From NCBI RefSeq assembly GCF_009914755.1, contig NC_060947.1: 64,000 nt of DNA. The stretch is one strand, 5' to 3'. This DNA is from the human T2T-CHM13v2.0 reference genome, Homo sapiens. Numbering within the stretch: the stretch's first letter is position 1; every line of letters starts with the position of its first letter. Shown here piece after piece: positions 29,031-46,200 of the stretch. Made by a program: the position numbers and the translations under genes. A model generated the notes under the pieces. That model did no database searches. It was not told the DNA's origin and worked only from the letters and a program-made list of their open reading frames with translations.

Positions 29031-29414
29031 TGTTATGGTTTGAATGTCTCCTCCAAAACTCATGTTGAACTTTAATTGCCAATGTAATGGAATTGGGAGA
29101 TGGGGCCTTTAAGAGGTGATTAGGTCATGAGGGCTCCACCCTCTTGAATGAATTAATGTCATTATTGTGGCAGTGAGTTAGTTACAGAGGGAATGGGTTC
29201 CTAATAAAATGATAAGTTTGGCCTCTTCTTACTCTGTGTTCTGCATGCTCACTTCCACCTTTTGCCTTCCACCATGGGATTACCCTCACCAGATGCCAGT
29301 GCCATGCTCTTGGACTTCCCAACCTCCAGAACCATGAGCCAAATAAACTTCTGTTCTTTACAAATTACCCAGTCTGTGGTATTCTGATACAGCAGCAGAA
29401 AATGAACTAAGACA
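29031..29414 (+). mobile_element. MST-family MaLR solo LTR
   Basis: TG...CA termini (tgttatggtttgaatg ... gaactaagaca); aataaacttctgttcttt...attacccagtct. Confidence 0.85.
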
Positions 29415-32400
29415 TCTTTGTCCATATAGGTCCTTAAGTACCGGGGCTTCCATTCTTATGGGATGATGTCTCAGAAGTAGGATTGCTGGGTCAAATGATG
29501 TGCATCTTTTTTATTTTAATAAATGGTGCCAGACTGCCTTCCCCAAAGGCTGGAGCCTTCTCACTTCCTCGACAATGTGTGGCCCAGCAGCCTGGCTAAC
29601 TTGACTTATTCTTGGCAGAGATTCCTCTCCAAGGAATTTGAAATTCAAAAGGAGACACACAGAGATTGAGAAGACTGGAGCTGAGTCATATTCATATCAA
29701 TCAATTCTGAAAACAAGCCCAATATCTTGAAAATACAGTCTTAGTTTTTGCCCAAGTTAGCCAGAGTTGAATTCTGTTGCTTGCAACCAAAAGACACTAA
29801 TAAACCGTAGTTATGGACTGAGACCTCAACCTGGTCACAAATCCAGCCATGATCCCAACTACGAATTCAACTCTAATCCACACCGTAGACTTAATCCTCA
29901 CCCAGGTTGGAAACTGAGGGCCATTCCTGGCCCCAGACTTCACTGAACTCCTGCCAAGAACCCCTCTTCAAGGGGTGTTCCTGGCTGTCAGTGGATACAT
30001 TTCAGTGGAAACATTTCTGCCAAACATATCCATAACCTGGGACCAAAAGTTAAGGCTTCTTTGTGACAACCAATGCCCATGACTTCTGGAGACAGGGGGG
30101 AATTTCTTCTGAAGAAAATTTTGTAAAATCTAAGAGATGTTTTGGGGACATCTGGGTTGCAGGAAATAAAAGGCCAAAAGAGAACATGGTTCTGGGGTGA
30201 AGGTTTAGTTTGTGGAGGCAGATAATAGGGATATGAGGGAGCCAAGTGTCTGGAGCTGAATGGGGCTGGGATGAATCGCCTGCTGGAGCCTACATGGGTC
30301 TCTATGAGAGAGAGATCCCATGCTCCCAAGGCAAGCTCAGAGGAGTTGTCATCAAGAGGTCCAGGCAGCCTGTAGCCCAGAGTCCTCCTCCTTTGTCTCT
30401 CTCAACATTCTGGCACTGCCTCAACTAGCCCAATGGGCCCCCATGAGGCTCAGGCCCCTTTTCCCACTGTCCTGACTTCCCACAGGCCCCAAAGCCACCT
30501 GCCACCTCCTCCTTCCCTTCAATTTACTTCCCATCATCTTTTCCCCAGGTGTGTCTTCTCACTGCATGCCTCCTGCTGAATTTCAGGGATTAGGACTGTC
30601 TACCATGGGACACAGCTCCCTTCTCTTCTCCCCAGAGCCAGGAGGCTCTTGCCAAATCTGGTCCCAGCCTCGCTCCAAGGATCTCTGAAGGGAATTAGGC
30701 AGAACTTGCTGGGTGTGTGGCTGGAGAGACAAGCCAAGAGTGTGGGGAGGCGACTACCATTTGTCAAACACCTATTGTTATATACCAGGTAGGGAGTTAG
30801 CACTTAGCTCCCCTATTTAATCTCCACAGCAAGCCAATGAGATAGCAATTTTTATGGTCAGATAGGGAAGCTGAGGCCCAGGGATGTTCAAAGATTTGTC
30901 CAAGGCTACTCAGCCAGAGGTGGCAGAGCTGGGATTTGGACTCAGGACTGTTGATTCCAAAGGCAGCTCCTTCTAGGACTAAAGCAAGAGGAATGTAGTG
31001 GCCTCAGTTCCTCCCTGAAAGGGAGGCCCTACCAGGTAGAGAGTTCCCTGGTGGAGGCCTAGAGCACCTTCCTGGACCCTGGGCCCACTCTGTAGGGAGG
31101 GCTAGCTGGGTAAGAGCTGTGCTAGAGGGGCAGAGAAGCAGGTTCCTCTCACCCCAACCCCTGCAGGTTCCGCTCAGGCAGTGCTGGCCTCCCTCCTCCC
31201 ATAGGGTCTCCCCGCTCCCTTTATTCCTCAACAGAGAGAGAAGGGAGCCAGCAGACAGTGCTGAGAGTAGAGTAGGCAGTCAGAAGACCAGACACAGATC
31301 ATTCACAGGCAAGAACTCTGGGCTGCCCCTGCTTCACTGTTTCCATCAGGGCAATGGGGCATGGGAGGGTGTATAAGACGATGGCTGAGACCGTGTCAAC
31401 TCCACCAGTGTGTGTGTGGTGAGGCCTGCCTGGGCAGGCAAGTGCTGTGACCATGTCAGTGGAGATGGCTCTGCCCACAGAACATGATTCAGGGGATAGC
31501 AAGGGCAGGAGCTAGGGTAAGCCAGGAAGACACATCAATAGCTGGTACGAGAGCTCTGTTAGGCCCTGCCTGGGGTCCAAGCCCTGCCTCTGGCTGCTCC
31601 ATCATGACAGAAAGGTGGAGGATAAGCAAATGAGAATCTGTGGTTAATAGAAATGGGGTCTTTTTGAAAAGAGGAACACTAGGGGAAGTGCAAGAAGGTA
31701 ACAAAGGGCTGGAAACACTCTCCTGGTTGTCCTGAGAGGCAGAGGAAATTGCACCTGTAAGAAAAAGCTTGCCTTTAGATCTCCACAGAGGCAAGGGGCA
31801 CTGTGTGGCTGATTAAACGGAGCTCTAGTTACAGGCCTGATACCCCTGCTTGCTGTGCAACCCTGAGCAGGTCTTTTTTTTCCTCTCTGGGTCTCAGTGT
31901 TTCCATCTGCACAGTGAGAATTTGGACCTAAATGTTCTCCAAGAGCTCTCTCAGCTCTCAAATTCCAGAATCTTCTCTAAACCTTCTCTGAGTCAAGCCC
32001 CTTGAGCATGGCTGTGCCTCAGGCACTGACAGTTGTTTTAATGTGCTGATCAGTAGTGGAAGTCACAGTAACATTGTGAGGTGGGGGTGGTGTGCATTGG
32101 GGTCATCCTAGGATCCAACGTGAACTCCTCACCACGGCCTAGAGGCTTGAGTGGATTAATGCCCTGCCCATCTTTCCAGCCTCCCCTCTCCCTCTCCAGT
32201 TTCCCCTGGCTTCCTTTCCTTGTCTGGGATGTATCAGACTCCCTCTTGCTTTGGCACCTTCACATACACTGTTCACTATACTTGGAACGCAGGATCCCCA
32301 CCTCTTTGGTAATTCTCTTCCTTTTGATCTTAGCTGAAATGGCCCCTCTTCCAGGAAGTCTTCCTGGGCCCCTAGCCTAGGCCAGCTCCCAGTCTGAAAC

Positions 32401-32875
32401 ACACTCATAGCATCATGATAATGATCATAGTAGTAGTTGCTTGTACCATATAAGTATGTTTGTATCTGTCTCTCCTCCTCAATTACTATCAGCTCCCTGA
32501 TAGCAGGACCCTTGTTTATCTCATTCACAGCTTTACCCCTGGTGTCCAATAACCCAGGAAACTTTTAACCAACAAATATTTCTTGAAAACAAAACCCCTA
32601 GAAGCTGCCATGTGCTGTAGACCTACTGGGGGCCAGGCACAGACATACAGCATCTCATTGGGTCCTTGGATCATGCTCTCCCTACTTATTTCTTAGGTGC
32701 AGAGATGGTGTGGCAGAGAGCTGATGGGTTTTTTCCTTCCAGAAGATCTTTGTCCTGGACCAGTTGGCTGGGGTGTGCAGAGCTGGGCCTGGCAAGCAGG
32801 TCTGCCTGTTTTGTGCCTCCTTTTTTGCTTGCCACCACTCTTCAGAGAGGAGCAGCAGCTGTGGCCGCTCCTCGT

Positions 32876-32893
32876 GTTCCCATAGCAACCAAT
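32876..32893 (+). promoter_or_regulatory. RFX X-box directly followed by a CCAAT box; candidate LINC00269 promoter
   Basis: GTTCCCATAGCAAC (32876-32889) overlapping CCAAT (32889-32893) in a locally CpG-richer patch; donor TCA|GTGAGT at 33027/33028. Confidence 0.5.
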
Positions 32894-35159
32894 GCTTACC
32901 TCCCGCTCACACTGGTTCCTAATTGCCTGATTACGCATCTTCTCCCCCGCCAGCTCGCCAGCTCGGGAGCTTCTTGAGAGCAGGGTCCATGGCAGGCTTT
33001 GCTCACCATTGCGTGGCTCCAGGCTCAGTGAGTATTAGTTAAATGAACAAAAATGAATGCATGACCATCCATGCACTTGGGTTTTTAAAAGCTTTCATCA
33101 AAAACAAGGCACCTGGCAGCCTGTAGTGGCTTGGGGGAGGGCGAATTTGAGGACTCGTTGCTCCTGGCTCACCTCTGCTGAGTGGCGTGGGTGGCCAGCC
33201 CCCCTTCTCCTCTCTCCCCTGCTGCCTGGGGAAGCTCTTTAGAAAACAGGCAAGACAGCCTGCACGGTCATGGCTGCTGGCAGGAGGGGGATGCTGGAGA
33301 CGGTGTGACACCCTCCCCTACCAATCCCCCCACCCCTGCTCCACCATGCACAGGCACACTCGAACTCCCTCACCACCTCCTTCTGATGGAAGCCATCTCA
33401 AATGGCCAGTTTTTGCTTTCAGAATTACCAGAAACAATTGAGCAGCCTATTCAATTCTAATGCTCTGTTCACAATCTCACCAGTCAGCCCCTTTACTCTG
33501 TTCCCATTGCCACCATGTTAATCCCACTCACCACCATCTTCCACCTGAGCTGCTCCAACAGCTACCTCCCTGCCCCCTTTCTGTCCTTTTCTCTTCCCCC
33601 TCGTGCCCTCCCTCACGCCATCTTCCATGAAACAGACAGAAGGAGTGTCCCAAACAGAAATCATCCCACGTTATTCCTAGCCAGACTCACGACAGAGGCA
33701 GGTGCATTTTTACTATTTTTGTGGCATGACAGAGTCTGTGTAAGTCACTGAAGCGCCTAGAGGGGAAGCAGGTAGAGCTACTAGTCCATTAATTTAGTCT
33801 TTAAATGTTTGTTCCCTTAAATGTTTGGCTTTGGACCACGCATGAGCTAGTGAGCCCAGAGCTCACAAGGATGGGACCAATATGAGTTTTTACCCTAATG
33901 GAAGGAACAGAAAAAAAAAAAAAAACAATATGTGATCTGCACTTTGTAGAGGGTGCTATGGGAATGTACAGGGAAGTATGTTTGTGCAGAACCAGATGAA
34001 GGAACATTTGAGCTGGGTTTCCTATCAGAAATTGTTGGTTGCAAGCAACAGAAAGCATCTCTGATTAACTTAGGAGAGAAGGGAATTTATGGGGTTGGAG
34101 GGGTAAGCTATAGGGAGCTTACAGAATCAAGGGAAAAGCTAGAGAACCAGGTATGGAAATCGACATAAGCAAAGGCACTTCTTGGGGAGGGGTTGGGAAG
34201 GAATAGGAAGCAGGAATGGTTTGATCAGGATGTTGCCAATAACATGAATGAAGTCTGTTTCCTCTATTCTTATATTGCTTATTCCAGATTCAAAGTCCAA
34301 TGAGACTGTCCAGTCACCAAGCTTAGTCCCATGCTCGCCTCCTGGCTATACTGGGCTGAGGGGGGGAAGGCAACTTCCCTTTGGCTTCTATGGAAGGAGG
34401 CATGCATGGATTTATTGTTTCACCAACATTACCCACAATCAGGCAGAGACAATTCACTAAACTGGAGCCTAAGGAAAGGGGAGGAATGAAGGCTGGGAAG
34501 CCACAAACCAACAAATGTCCACTCTCTGCTTGATGGCAGCAAAAAAAAAGAGGAAGAGGGCATTCTAGCCAGAGAGAACCGAATGGACAAAGAAAGAGCT
34601 GAAGCCTGCTGTGCTCCTGGCAGGCAGGCAGCAATGTGTGACTGGGGCGTAAGAGGAGGAAGGCAAAGAGCCACAGATGAGATGGGAACAGGGAGAAGAC
34701 AGATCACAGTGTGCCCTGTGGAGTGGGCCCTAGGGAGCCAGTCTCTGGGGGTGGGGGGTGACCACATTGGCATTTTAGAACCTTCACTCTGGGGGTGTCA
34801 AGAATGGATCAGAGATGGCAAAGTTGGAGATGGGGAGACCAGCAAGGAACTCTTGTAGGCAAGAGATGATGAGGCCTGAATTCCAACATTGGTGATGAAA
34901 CGGAAAGAAGACAATGGATTCAAGAGCAATGCAGGACCTAGAATCCTGAAGTTTGAGGGGGTGGAGGATGGAGAGGAGTAAGAGATGACTGTGTGTCAAG
35001 AGGGAGGAGTGAGTTTGGGAGAATTTGTGCTTTCTTCATGGGCTTCAAGAAGCCCACAAAGAATGGGTGTTCTCTCAGCACTCATTCAATCAGTAGTTAA
35101 TGTCAGCCTGGCCCCACTAGCATATACTCTATTGAAAAAGGTGGGGAGAGAGTGAGAAC

Positions 35160-35455
<296 letters not shown>

Positions 35456-36250
35456 AAGAGTGAGAACTCTTAATGGGCCCTCTCATACTCTGCTGGTGGG
35501 AACATACACTGATGCAGTTACTCTGGAGAACAATCTGGAAGTATGTTTTACTGTTTTAAATATGCATACCTCAGCACGTTGATTTCTAGAAATTTGTCCT
35601 AAAGAAATAACAAGTGTGTACAGATAAACATAGGTACAAGGATGGCTCAACATTGTTTATAAAAGTAAAAAACTGGAAACTACCTCAATATGCATCAACA
35701 GGGAAACTGGCTAAATAATAAGCCAGTAGGGACAGAAAAGAGAGAAGACACTGACCACATCCCTGGCCTCTGCAGCCTGACAGGCCTCAGTGGAGGAGAA
35801 GGGTAAAGCTTTCATTTTTAGTGAAGTTTGGGTTTTGTCTGTTCCACTAGGCTGGACATGTTAATTCCTGGAGGTAATCGGAGGATTTTTTTTAATTATC
35901 TGAAAGCGTCTCAAAAAGTTCTGGCTCTTCAGGAGATTTCATCCAAGAAGTAGGGGAGAAATAGGTCACAGAGAGTGTTTAGGAAGAAATAGGAGGGAGA
36001 AAATAAGTTTTCTGCTTGTGGATTTCAACCCGTTTACTAAAGTTACAATAACAACCATTACCTCTGGGGAATTCTGATTGAGGGAGGCAAGACTTTTACT
36101 TAATACTTTAAAAACTTTTGCATTGTTTGAATGTTTTACAATGTGCCCAAATCACAGAAATAAAAAGATAGTAAAAACAACAAAGATACTCGCATTTGTG
36201 GAGAGAGTGGAGATGCTGACAAGCTCCCTGAACCCCTGGAGCTTCTAGAG

Positions 36251-36468
36251 CAGGGTTTCTCAACCTGGGCACTATTGACTTGTTGCAAGGGCTGTCCTGT
36301 GCATTGCTGGGGGTGGGGGGCAGTGAGGCAGACTGTTAGCAGTATCCCTGGCCTCTGCCCACGAGGTGCCAATAGCACACCCCCACCCTGAGTTCTGACA
36401 ACCAAACTGTCTCCAGACATTGTCAAATGTCTCCTGGGGGACAAAATCACCCCCAGTTGAGACAACTG
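36251..36468. mobile_element. MER20 (hAT-Charlie) DNA transposon
   Basis: TIRs cagggtttctcaac / gttgagacaactg; 8-bp TSD ttctagag / ctctagag (Charlie NTCTAGAN target); tgacaaccaaa..gtctccagacattg core. Confidence 0.88.
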
Positions 36469-36749
36469 CTCTAGAGGGATTATTCAGAATACGTGGGTGT
36501 CTTCTGAGCCTCTGGGCCTGGTGACCTCATTAATCCTATCTCCTAATGGCTCCCTGCCAGCACCTTTCCATGGCTCCATTGGTCTGGGAGTCAGAAGATG
36601 TAGCTTCCAGTTTCGGTTCTGCCACTTACTAGCGATGTGATCTTGGGCCTTCCAGAGCCTCATTTCCTCATCCCTAAAATGGGATAATTAACAATGACAT
36701 GGCTCAAGGACAACCAGGTTCTCCCTTTCAACTGGATCTTTCCCTACTG

Positions 36750-39140
<2,391 letters not shown>

Positions 39141-42100
39141 CATAAATGGCAGGGCCCATGTTATGATGGTGACAGCTGCCTTCTCCAGAGGCAGCCTTTT
39201 TCTTGGCAAGGCAGTGGGGCAGAGAAAGAGGCTGGGTGCTAAATGTCATGTCCTGGCTTTTCTCATGCTGGGCCTTAGCAGATATCTCACACCCACAGTC
39301 AGGATGAAAGATGAAATTCCAAGCAGGATTTGCACCCAGGAGCCAGCAGTCTCTGAATCAGCAAACTGTCCTATGGGGTTGTTTCACCCCATTTGCAAAC
39401 CATAAGGCAGCCTTTGAGAGAGAAGGCAGCTCAACACAACATGTGCTAGCATCATGTCCAGCCGAGTAGCCTTTAAGGGGAGCAAATAGCTGGCCACATC
39501 GTGTGGCAATGTTGTCAGAGGGGAGGAGGGCATTAGGCTGAGGCTGCACCTGCCAGGATATGGACATGAGGTTGAATCCTCCTGCCCCACTGAAGAGGGG
39601 AGCCAGACCACTCTGCTCCCAAACCCAGGGCCTTTCCAACAAAGGTCAAGGGTGGAGGAAAGCCAGGTTGAGTGGGCAGAGGAATTCTGCTTATAGCCCT
39701 GACACACCGCCTGTGGCACAGCCTCCTACAACAGACTGGCCTGTAAGGCCAGGTCCTGCCCGGTCTGCATGAGAACTGACACAAAAGTACAGACCGTTCT
39801 AAGTCAGAGCTGAGGTGGCCCTTTGAACCCCAGATCCACCCACCTCATGATTCCGTTGGAAAAGCTGAGGTTTAGGTTCAGGCAGAGACTGTCCTGTAGT
39901 TGGTAACTAGCAAGCCAGGGCGTCTGGCTTATCTCTTAGCCTTTAGCCTGCTTGGCCCTACAGACTTGATAGTTTCTTCCTGCTTACATTTTAGAGGGAA
40001 GAGACAGACCACAATTTTAAAAAGAATATGCAAGTAAAATATGTAGCATGAAAGATGGTGGCAAGGGTTATGGAAAAGAAGAAAGTAGTGGAGGGGGAAT
40101 GAGGGTGCTAGGGTTTGTGATTTTAGATGGCATCATCAGGGGAGGCCTCCTTAACAAGGGAGCACTGGAGCAAAGTCTGAGGGAGGTGAGTGAGTGCACT
40201 TGCTCTCTCTACAGTGTACTGTGAGGACACCCAAGACAGAGCCCGAACCTCCAGACTGCCCCCAACAGGGCCATGGTCAGAGGGCCTCCTGGGAGGTTTG
40301 CCTATGGATTTTGGCCTGGCCACAGGGACAGGAATAAGCATATCTTCTGAAACTGAGGCTGGACACAGAATCAAAGGCCTATGACACCCTAGGTCAGGTA
40401 ATATTAATAACAACAGTAATAATAATAATAATAATAGCACCATTTTATCTGCATTGAGCACATACCATATGCCAGGCACTGTTTCTAGCACGTTACGTGT
40501 GTTATCTATCTTATTCCATTCACACAATGACCCTATGAAAACAGTGCTGTTCTAATGCCCATTTCATAGATGAGAAAACAAAGTCTCAGAGTGGTTACAG
40601 AACTTGCCCAAGGTCACAAAGCCAATGAGCAGCAGAGTTGTGCTTTGATCCTAGGTCTTTGGACTCCAGAGCCCATGTTTCATAGACAGAAGCAGGTTTT
40701 AGCCATCTGGGCTGGAACGTTTGTCTAGAAACAGAGGGTAGATGAGATGATCTCTTGGGTTCTCTGCTGTGGTCATAAGGGCCAGGCAGCTCAGAGGCAG
40801 TTGAAAGTGATGTCTAATATGGAAGCCAACCTGGGATAGGATTGTGTCTGAGGCCTCTACAGAAGAGGTAGGCTTCATCTTCTCTGGAATGTGAGCTCCG
40901 TGAACGCAAAGCCTTTTCTGTCTGGTCTGCTGCTCTATCACCACTGCCTGACACTAGTCAGTGATCAATAAATATTGGTGTAAATGAGTGAATACAAGAA
41001 TGAACCAATAATTCACTCTCACTTATCGAAGGTGGGCCCAGCCAGACACTGCCATCTTTCCAAACAACCAGGGCATCTGGACTTGTGTCTCCCTGAGAAT
41101 GTGAGGCAAAGAAAGAAGGCATGGCAGAACTAGGAGCAAAGGAGATGCTGCTGGGGTCGGGAGCCAGGACAGAGCCCAGAGCTGAGGACTGGGACAGTGA
41201 TGGGTGCAGAGAGGCCACCCTTTGTGAACACAGTTCTGGGTGCTTTACATATGCCTCCTCATATCATCCTTCCCACAGCTTTGGGAGATAGAGATTACTA
41301 CCTCATAGAAAGATGAGGAGACTGAGGCATAGAGAGGCTAAATGACTTGCCATGAATCATACAAGCATTATGGGGTGGAGCTGGGTTTAAACTGAGATTG
41401 GCAAGGCAGGCCAATTGCTTTGTGTGGTCCCTAACTGGGGTGCAGTTAGAAACTCTTTCCCCTCTGCTGTCTACCTTCCCCCATCTCAACCTCCCAAGCT
41501 CCTTTGCTCTGCAGCTGTCCCCAGACCTCAGCCTGGGAGCTGGACCCTGCCTCTTCAGTCTCCCTAAAGAGTGGAGACTCCAATGCAACAGGTCTTCCCT
41601 CCCTCCCTCCCTCCTTCCCTCCCTCCATGTACCCTAGAGGTCTGAGGTCAGGGCAAAGCCAGGACCAGCAGTAAAGAACAGACATGGAGTGAGACAGATC
41701 CAGATTTAAGTCCTGGTTCTTCCACTTAATACCTCAGAGAGGAAGAACTACCTTGCTGAGCCTCAGTGTCCTCCTCTATACATATGGGATAATATCACCC
41801 ATGTCATGGCGTTGTGGGGACTAACTGAAATCACTTAGGGGAAGAAACTGGATTCCAGGTGAGCTGGAGACAGGAAGAGGCAGTCATAATAGTCCACCAC
41901 ATTACAGCTTACACAGCACATTTCCATTAATTTCTAGGCTCCCCTTTTTTTCTGTATAACCATTCTATTGGGTAAAGTTATTGTCCCTCTTCTGTAAATG
42001 AGAACACTGGGGCTTGGAAGTGACTTGCTAACCAAAGGCATGCAGTCTGGAAGTCACAAGGCAGACATTCTAAGCTAGATGCATGTGACACCCGAGTGTG

Positions 42101-42519
42101 TGGGGAGCCCCCTTCACCTTCCAAGGCGAGCACTCCTTTACCCTCCGATATCAAGTTTGGTGGTGACAGTACTCATCTTGTAAAGTGCTGGTTCTCCTGA
42201 TCCTCTCCTCCAAAGCAAGACTCAGTGGTGCACTGAGAGGATCTCCTCCAGGCCACAGCCCTACCTCACTCTGCAGTAGCAGCAATGAGGAAAGAAAAAT
42301 GGTTGTCCCAGCACAGGATGGGAGAGTGAAGCATGGTCACAATGAGGGCCAGAGAACGAGCAGGAGGTAAGCAGGAACCCTGAAGTAGTGCACCTCAAAC
42401 CTAGGAAAAACCATGTCTTTGGCCATCTTTAGAGGCGGCTTACCAGAGAACAAGACACTTCCCCGTCGTCAGGTCATAGCAGTCATCCTCTGTGCGTGGC
42501 TCTGTCTCATATTGTGAAC

Positions 42520-43200
42520 TTGTTCTTTGTGTAGAATGGGTCTCTTTTCTGCTGTAGCCCATGAGGTTTTTCCCTTATCTTTGATGGTCTGTGAATTTCC
42601 CACAAAGTGTCTAGGTATAGACTTATTTTATTTATTTGGCTTAGTCCTTGGCCCGCCCTTTCTCCCTGAAACTCATACCTCTTTTCCTTTCTGAAAAACT
42701 CTCAGCTATTATCTCTCAATGATTGCCTCCTCACCATTATCTGTTTGGAGCTTCTGTTAGACTTAGGCCAGAGCCCCTCAATGCCAACCTTCATGCCTAC
42801 TAACTGCTCTTTCAAAGTTTGTTTCTATGCTGGTGTGAATCCCTCAGCACTAGCCTACAATTCTCTAATTCTTTCCATGACTGTGCCCAGGCTAGAGCTA
42901 TCGCATTCATTGAAGTTTGCTTTCTTTTTATTTCGATAACTATATTTTTGACTTCCAAAGTTTCTACTTGATTTTCTCTTTTTATCTCTCTTCCTGTTTT
43001 TGTGCAATCCTATTTTGTCCTTTTAAGGAATATCATTCCTTCATTTCTCTCTGTGTGCATCCTGGGCATGCTTATTTTCAAAATCTGTCAGCCTATTCTC
43101 TAAAACTCATCTGGAGTAAATTTATGTGCTGATTGTAGATTTTGCTGGCTCTCCCTGAGCATTAGATTTCTTTATGTGTTTTGGAATTTTGGTTTGGAGA
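42520..43200 (-). mobile_element. Old L1/HAL1-like ORF1-region fragment
   Basis: T-rich; gtgtctaggtatagactt, ctgaaaaactctcagctattatctct motifs. Confidence 0.5.
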
Positions 43201-46200
43201 GGGAGTGTTGGTGTTGTTTTGTTTGTGTTTGTGTCTTATTGTCTTTCTCTCTCAGTGCTTGCCCCTCCCTATCTGGTGGTTTCATGGTGGCCTCCACTGG
43301 CCCCTCCACACCCCTCAGCCCAGAATCCGATTTTATGACACTCAGGTCTCTTGCCCTATAGGACATGTTGGGGGCATTCTCCTGCTTCAGTGTAGAACCT
43401 TGGGGCTCGGTTCACTTCCTTGTCATGAGGCCGAGTCTGCCTCCACCCAGCTCCTCATGGCCCAGGCTGCCTTGTAGTCAGAACTCCCAGAAGCAGCTGG
43501 AAGCTGTCTTTTCCAGCTCGTAAGGGGAGAGCCCTGCCCCTCCTCCCCCTGGTTTCTGCCTCCCATCCCACAATGGAGCACTTGTAGTACTCACAGGAGC
43601 TGAGTCCCGGCCACTCCTGCCCACCCCCCACCACGGCGCCCGTGTTCTGACCCAGGGGCTGGCAGGCTACAGCTGTGCTGGTTGCTTTGCATTTCTGTGT
43701 GTGCTCTATATCTCATTTTTTCAGCCTGATTCTGTCTTTGGGGTTTTCTCTTTTTACAGTGTATTGATCTTCCATCACTCTGTGCTTGGTACAGAGGGGA
43801 TCTGTTGCCATCTTAACTGGAAATGTACTCTAATTGTGTACTGTATGTACCATAACCAGAAATTATTTAACCAATCCCCCATTGTTACACTTTTATGTTG
43901 TTTGCCATTTGGGGCTAGTACAAACAAGAAGGCAATAAACATCCTTAATGCACTTGTCTAATTCCTAATGCGAAGTTGTGAGATCAAAGGGTAGCCATGT
44001 TTCCATTTGATACATATTTCATTTTGTAGGTACTACCCCAACCATCACCACCACCACCAATACACCATCGCTGGCATCTGGTTTGTTGAACAGAACAAGG
44101 GAAACCCTGGAAATAAATGAGACCGTGCTGTCGTAAAGTCTAACTTAGTGTACACAGGTGAGGCATTCTTAGACAACTTCTTCCCTGTTTCCATCTCTTT
44201 TGGAGCCCCAGCTCCTTCTCATGGGTTATTTCATTTAATCTTCATGACATCCCTACAGGATAGGGAAATCTCATTTTGCAGAAGAGGAAGCCAAGGCTCA
44301 GAGAGGTAAGACGACCTCCTAAGATTTTACTGATAGGAAGAGGAGTCCACGTGAAGTTGAGGAGAAAGGTGGGGTGCTCCCCAGTCCACTGAGCTGCAGA
44401 AGGGGGGCCTTCTGGTCTTCACTGATCCATATGTTTAGGAATTTGGCTGCCTCCATGAGACCATGGTACAGCGATTGTGGGCAACTCCTAATTGTCTGGG
44501 TTTAGGCACACTGGGGCAGCCTCCACTGCGTGTGGGACAAGTGCTGGCTTTGCAACTCAGGCTCAGCCCCTCTGTAGTTAAGTAATGATGAGCTCCTCCT
44601 TATCCTCTCGTTTTTCAACGGGAGATAGCCGGGTATAGTGAGAGCACACAGGCTCTGGATTCAGTTAAAAACCAGCTCTGCCACTTTCCTGCTGTTTGAC
44701 CTTGGCAAGCCACCTCACCTCTGTGGGTCTCAGTTTCCACATCTGTAATGTGGGGTAATAAGGCTTCTCTTGGAGAGGCATTGTTAAGATGAAAGAAAGA
44801 CCGGTGTGCCTGGCACATAGTAGAGATTCAAATAAAGCCTGTTTCTGACAAGGGTGAAAGGTCACATAGCTAAGCCTGCTCAGCCAATCAGCTGGGGCCA
44901 CACCCTGTCCTGACTCCACACTCAGTGTTCTTCCCAATGCAACTGTCTGGGCCTCCTTCAGCTATTTGTTTCATTGTCCTGTCCTACCATGTTCCCTCCT
45001 GCCAAAAAGAAAGAACCATCCCAAGGAGCTGAAGCTCTGGCCTCTGTGCATGCTCCCACAGCTTCTGCTGGGCTGCCTGACAGGAGCATGGGCCCTGAAA
45101 GCTTCACACGTGTCCCCGGACCCCACCACAGGTGTGAGCCTGGATGCATGACTCTGCAAGATGCTACACACCAAGAGGACTGGAAGTTTGAGATTACTGT
45201 GGAGTGGTGGCTGCTGATGGGGCCTCCGGCCTGCCCACTGCCTAGGCCTGTAGCCCTCAAACAAGTCTCCCCTGCTCTCTTGGAGGCACTGCCCGCAGCC
45301 TGTTGGAAGATCACAAAAAGCAAGAATTGGCCCTTCCTCCTCTGGCAGAGCCTGCATAGCCTCTGGGAGGCAATTAGGGCTTGGGCCTGCCTTGGGAATT
45401 CCCAAGGGTACCCAAAAACACTTCAAAGTCACAAGCCCATCTGCCTGCTTCACCCTGGGGGAAAGGGGCAAGGGGGGCATATTGCAATCACTCCCCAGAT
45501 GGGAAGCTGAGGAGACCAGTCTCAGGCCCACGGTGGCCTGGGATGGAAACTCTGGCCATGTGGGGTTCTTCCTTTGCACAGTGCTGTGGCACATGGAGAT
45601 ATCTGGTTGTGGGCTCAGTGTGAGGGAATGGGGTACTGGTGAGCAGAGGTGAGGCAGGGATACTTGGAGTCCCAAGTGCCTGCAGCTCTCACAGCTTACA
45701 ACCTGGGTCTCAAGATAGGCAGAAAGACTCTGTCACAGGGAGGTGGCACTGGAACCTCATGAGATTAGAACTGAAGACCAAGGCCCTTCCAGCCTGGTCA
45801 CTGGCACACTTCTAAGGTGCTCTCTACCCATCACTGGCGGTTAGTGCTCCTAGAGCTCTGTGCCAGGCCCACCTCTCTTCCATCCTTCACATGCCTCTGG
45901 TGTGACCTCATCCACCCCTCAGATTGCAGCTACCACCTCTGTGCTAATAAGAGTTCAGATGAAGTGAGTGCTAACTCTGTGCCAGGCACTGTTCTAAACA
46001 TTGTGCTTGTGTCAGTTCATTTAATCTTCACAGCAACCTAATGAGGTTGACCCTAATACTACGCCATCATACAGATGAAGAAGACAATGAGGTCTGGGAG
46101 GCTATGGAACTTGCTAGGAAGAGGCTGATGACTCCCAAACTGCTCTCTTTCGAGCTGGTTTCTCTTCTCATCTCCTTTCTTCCTGTTACTCATGACACAC

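Noticed and set aside
44958-45675. Overlapping 234-aa and 178-aa ORFs
   Set aside because: No recognisable domain; GC-rich sequence open on both strands is expected by chance.
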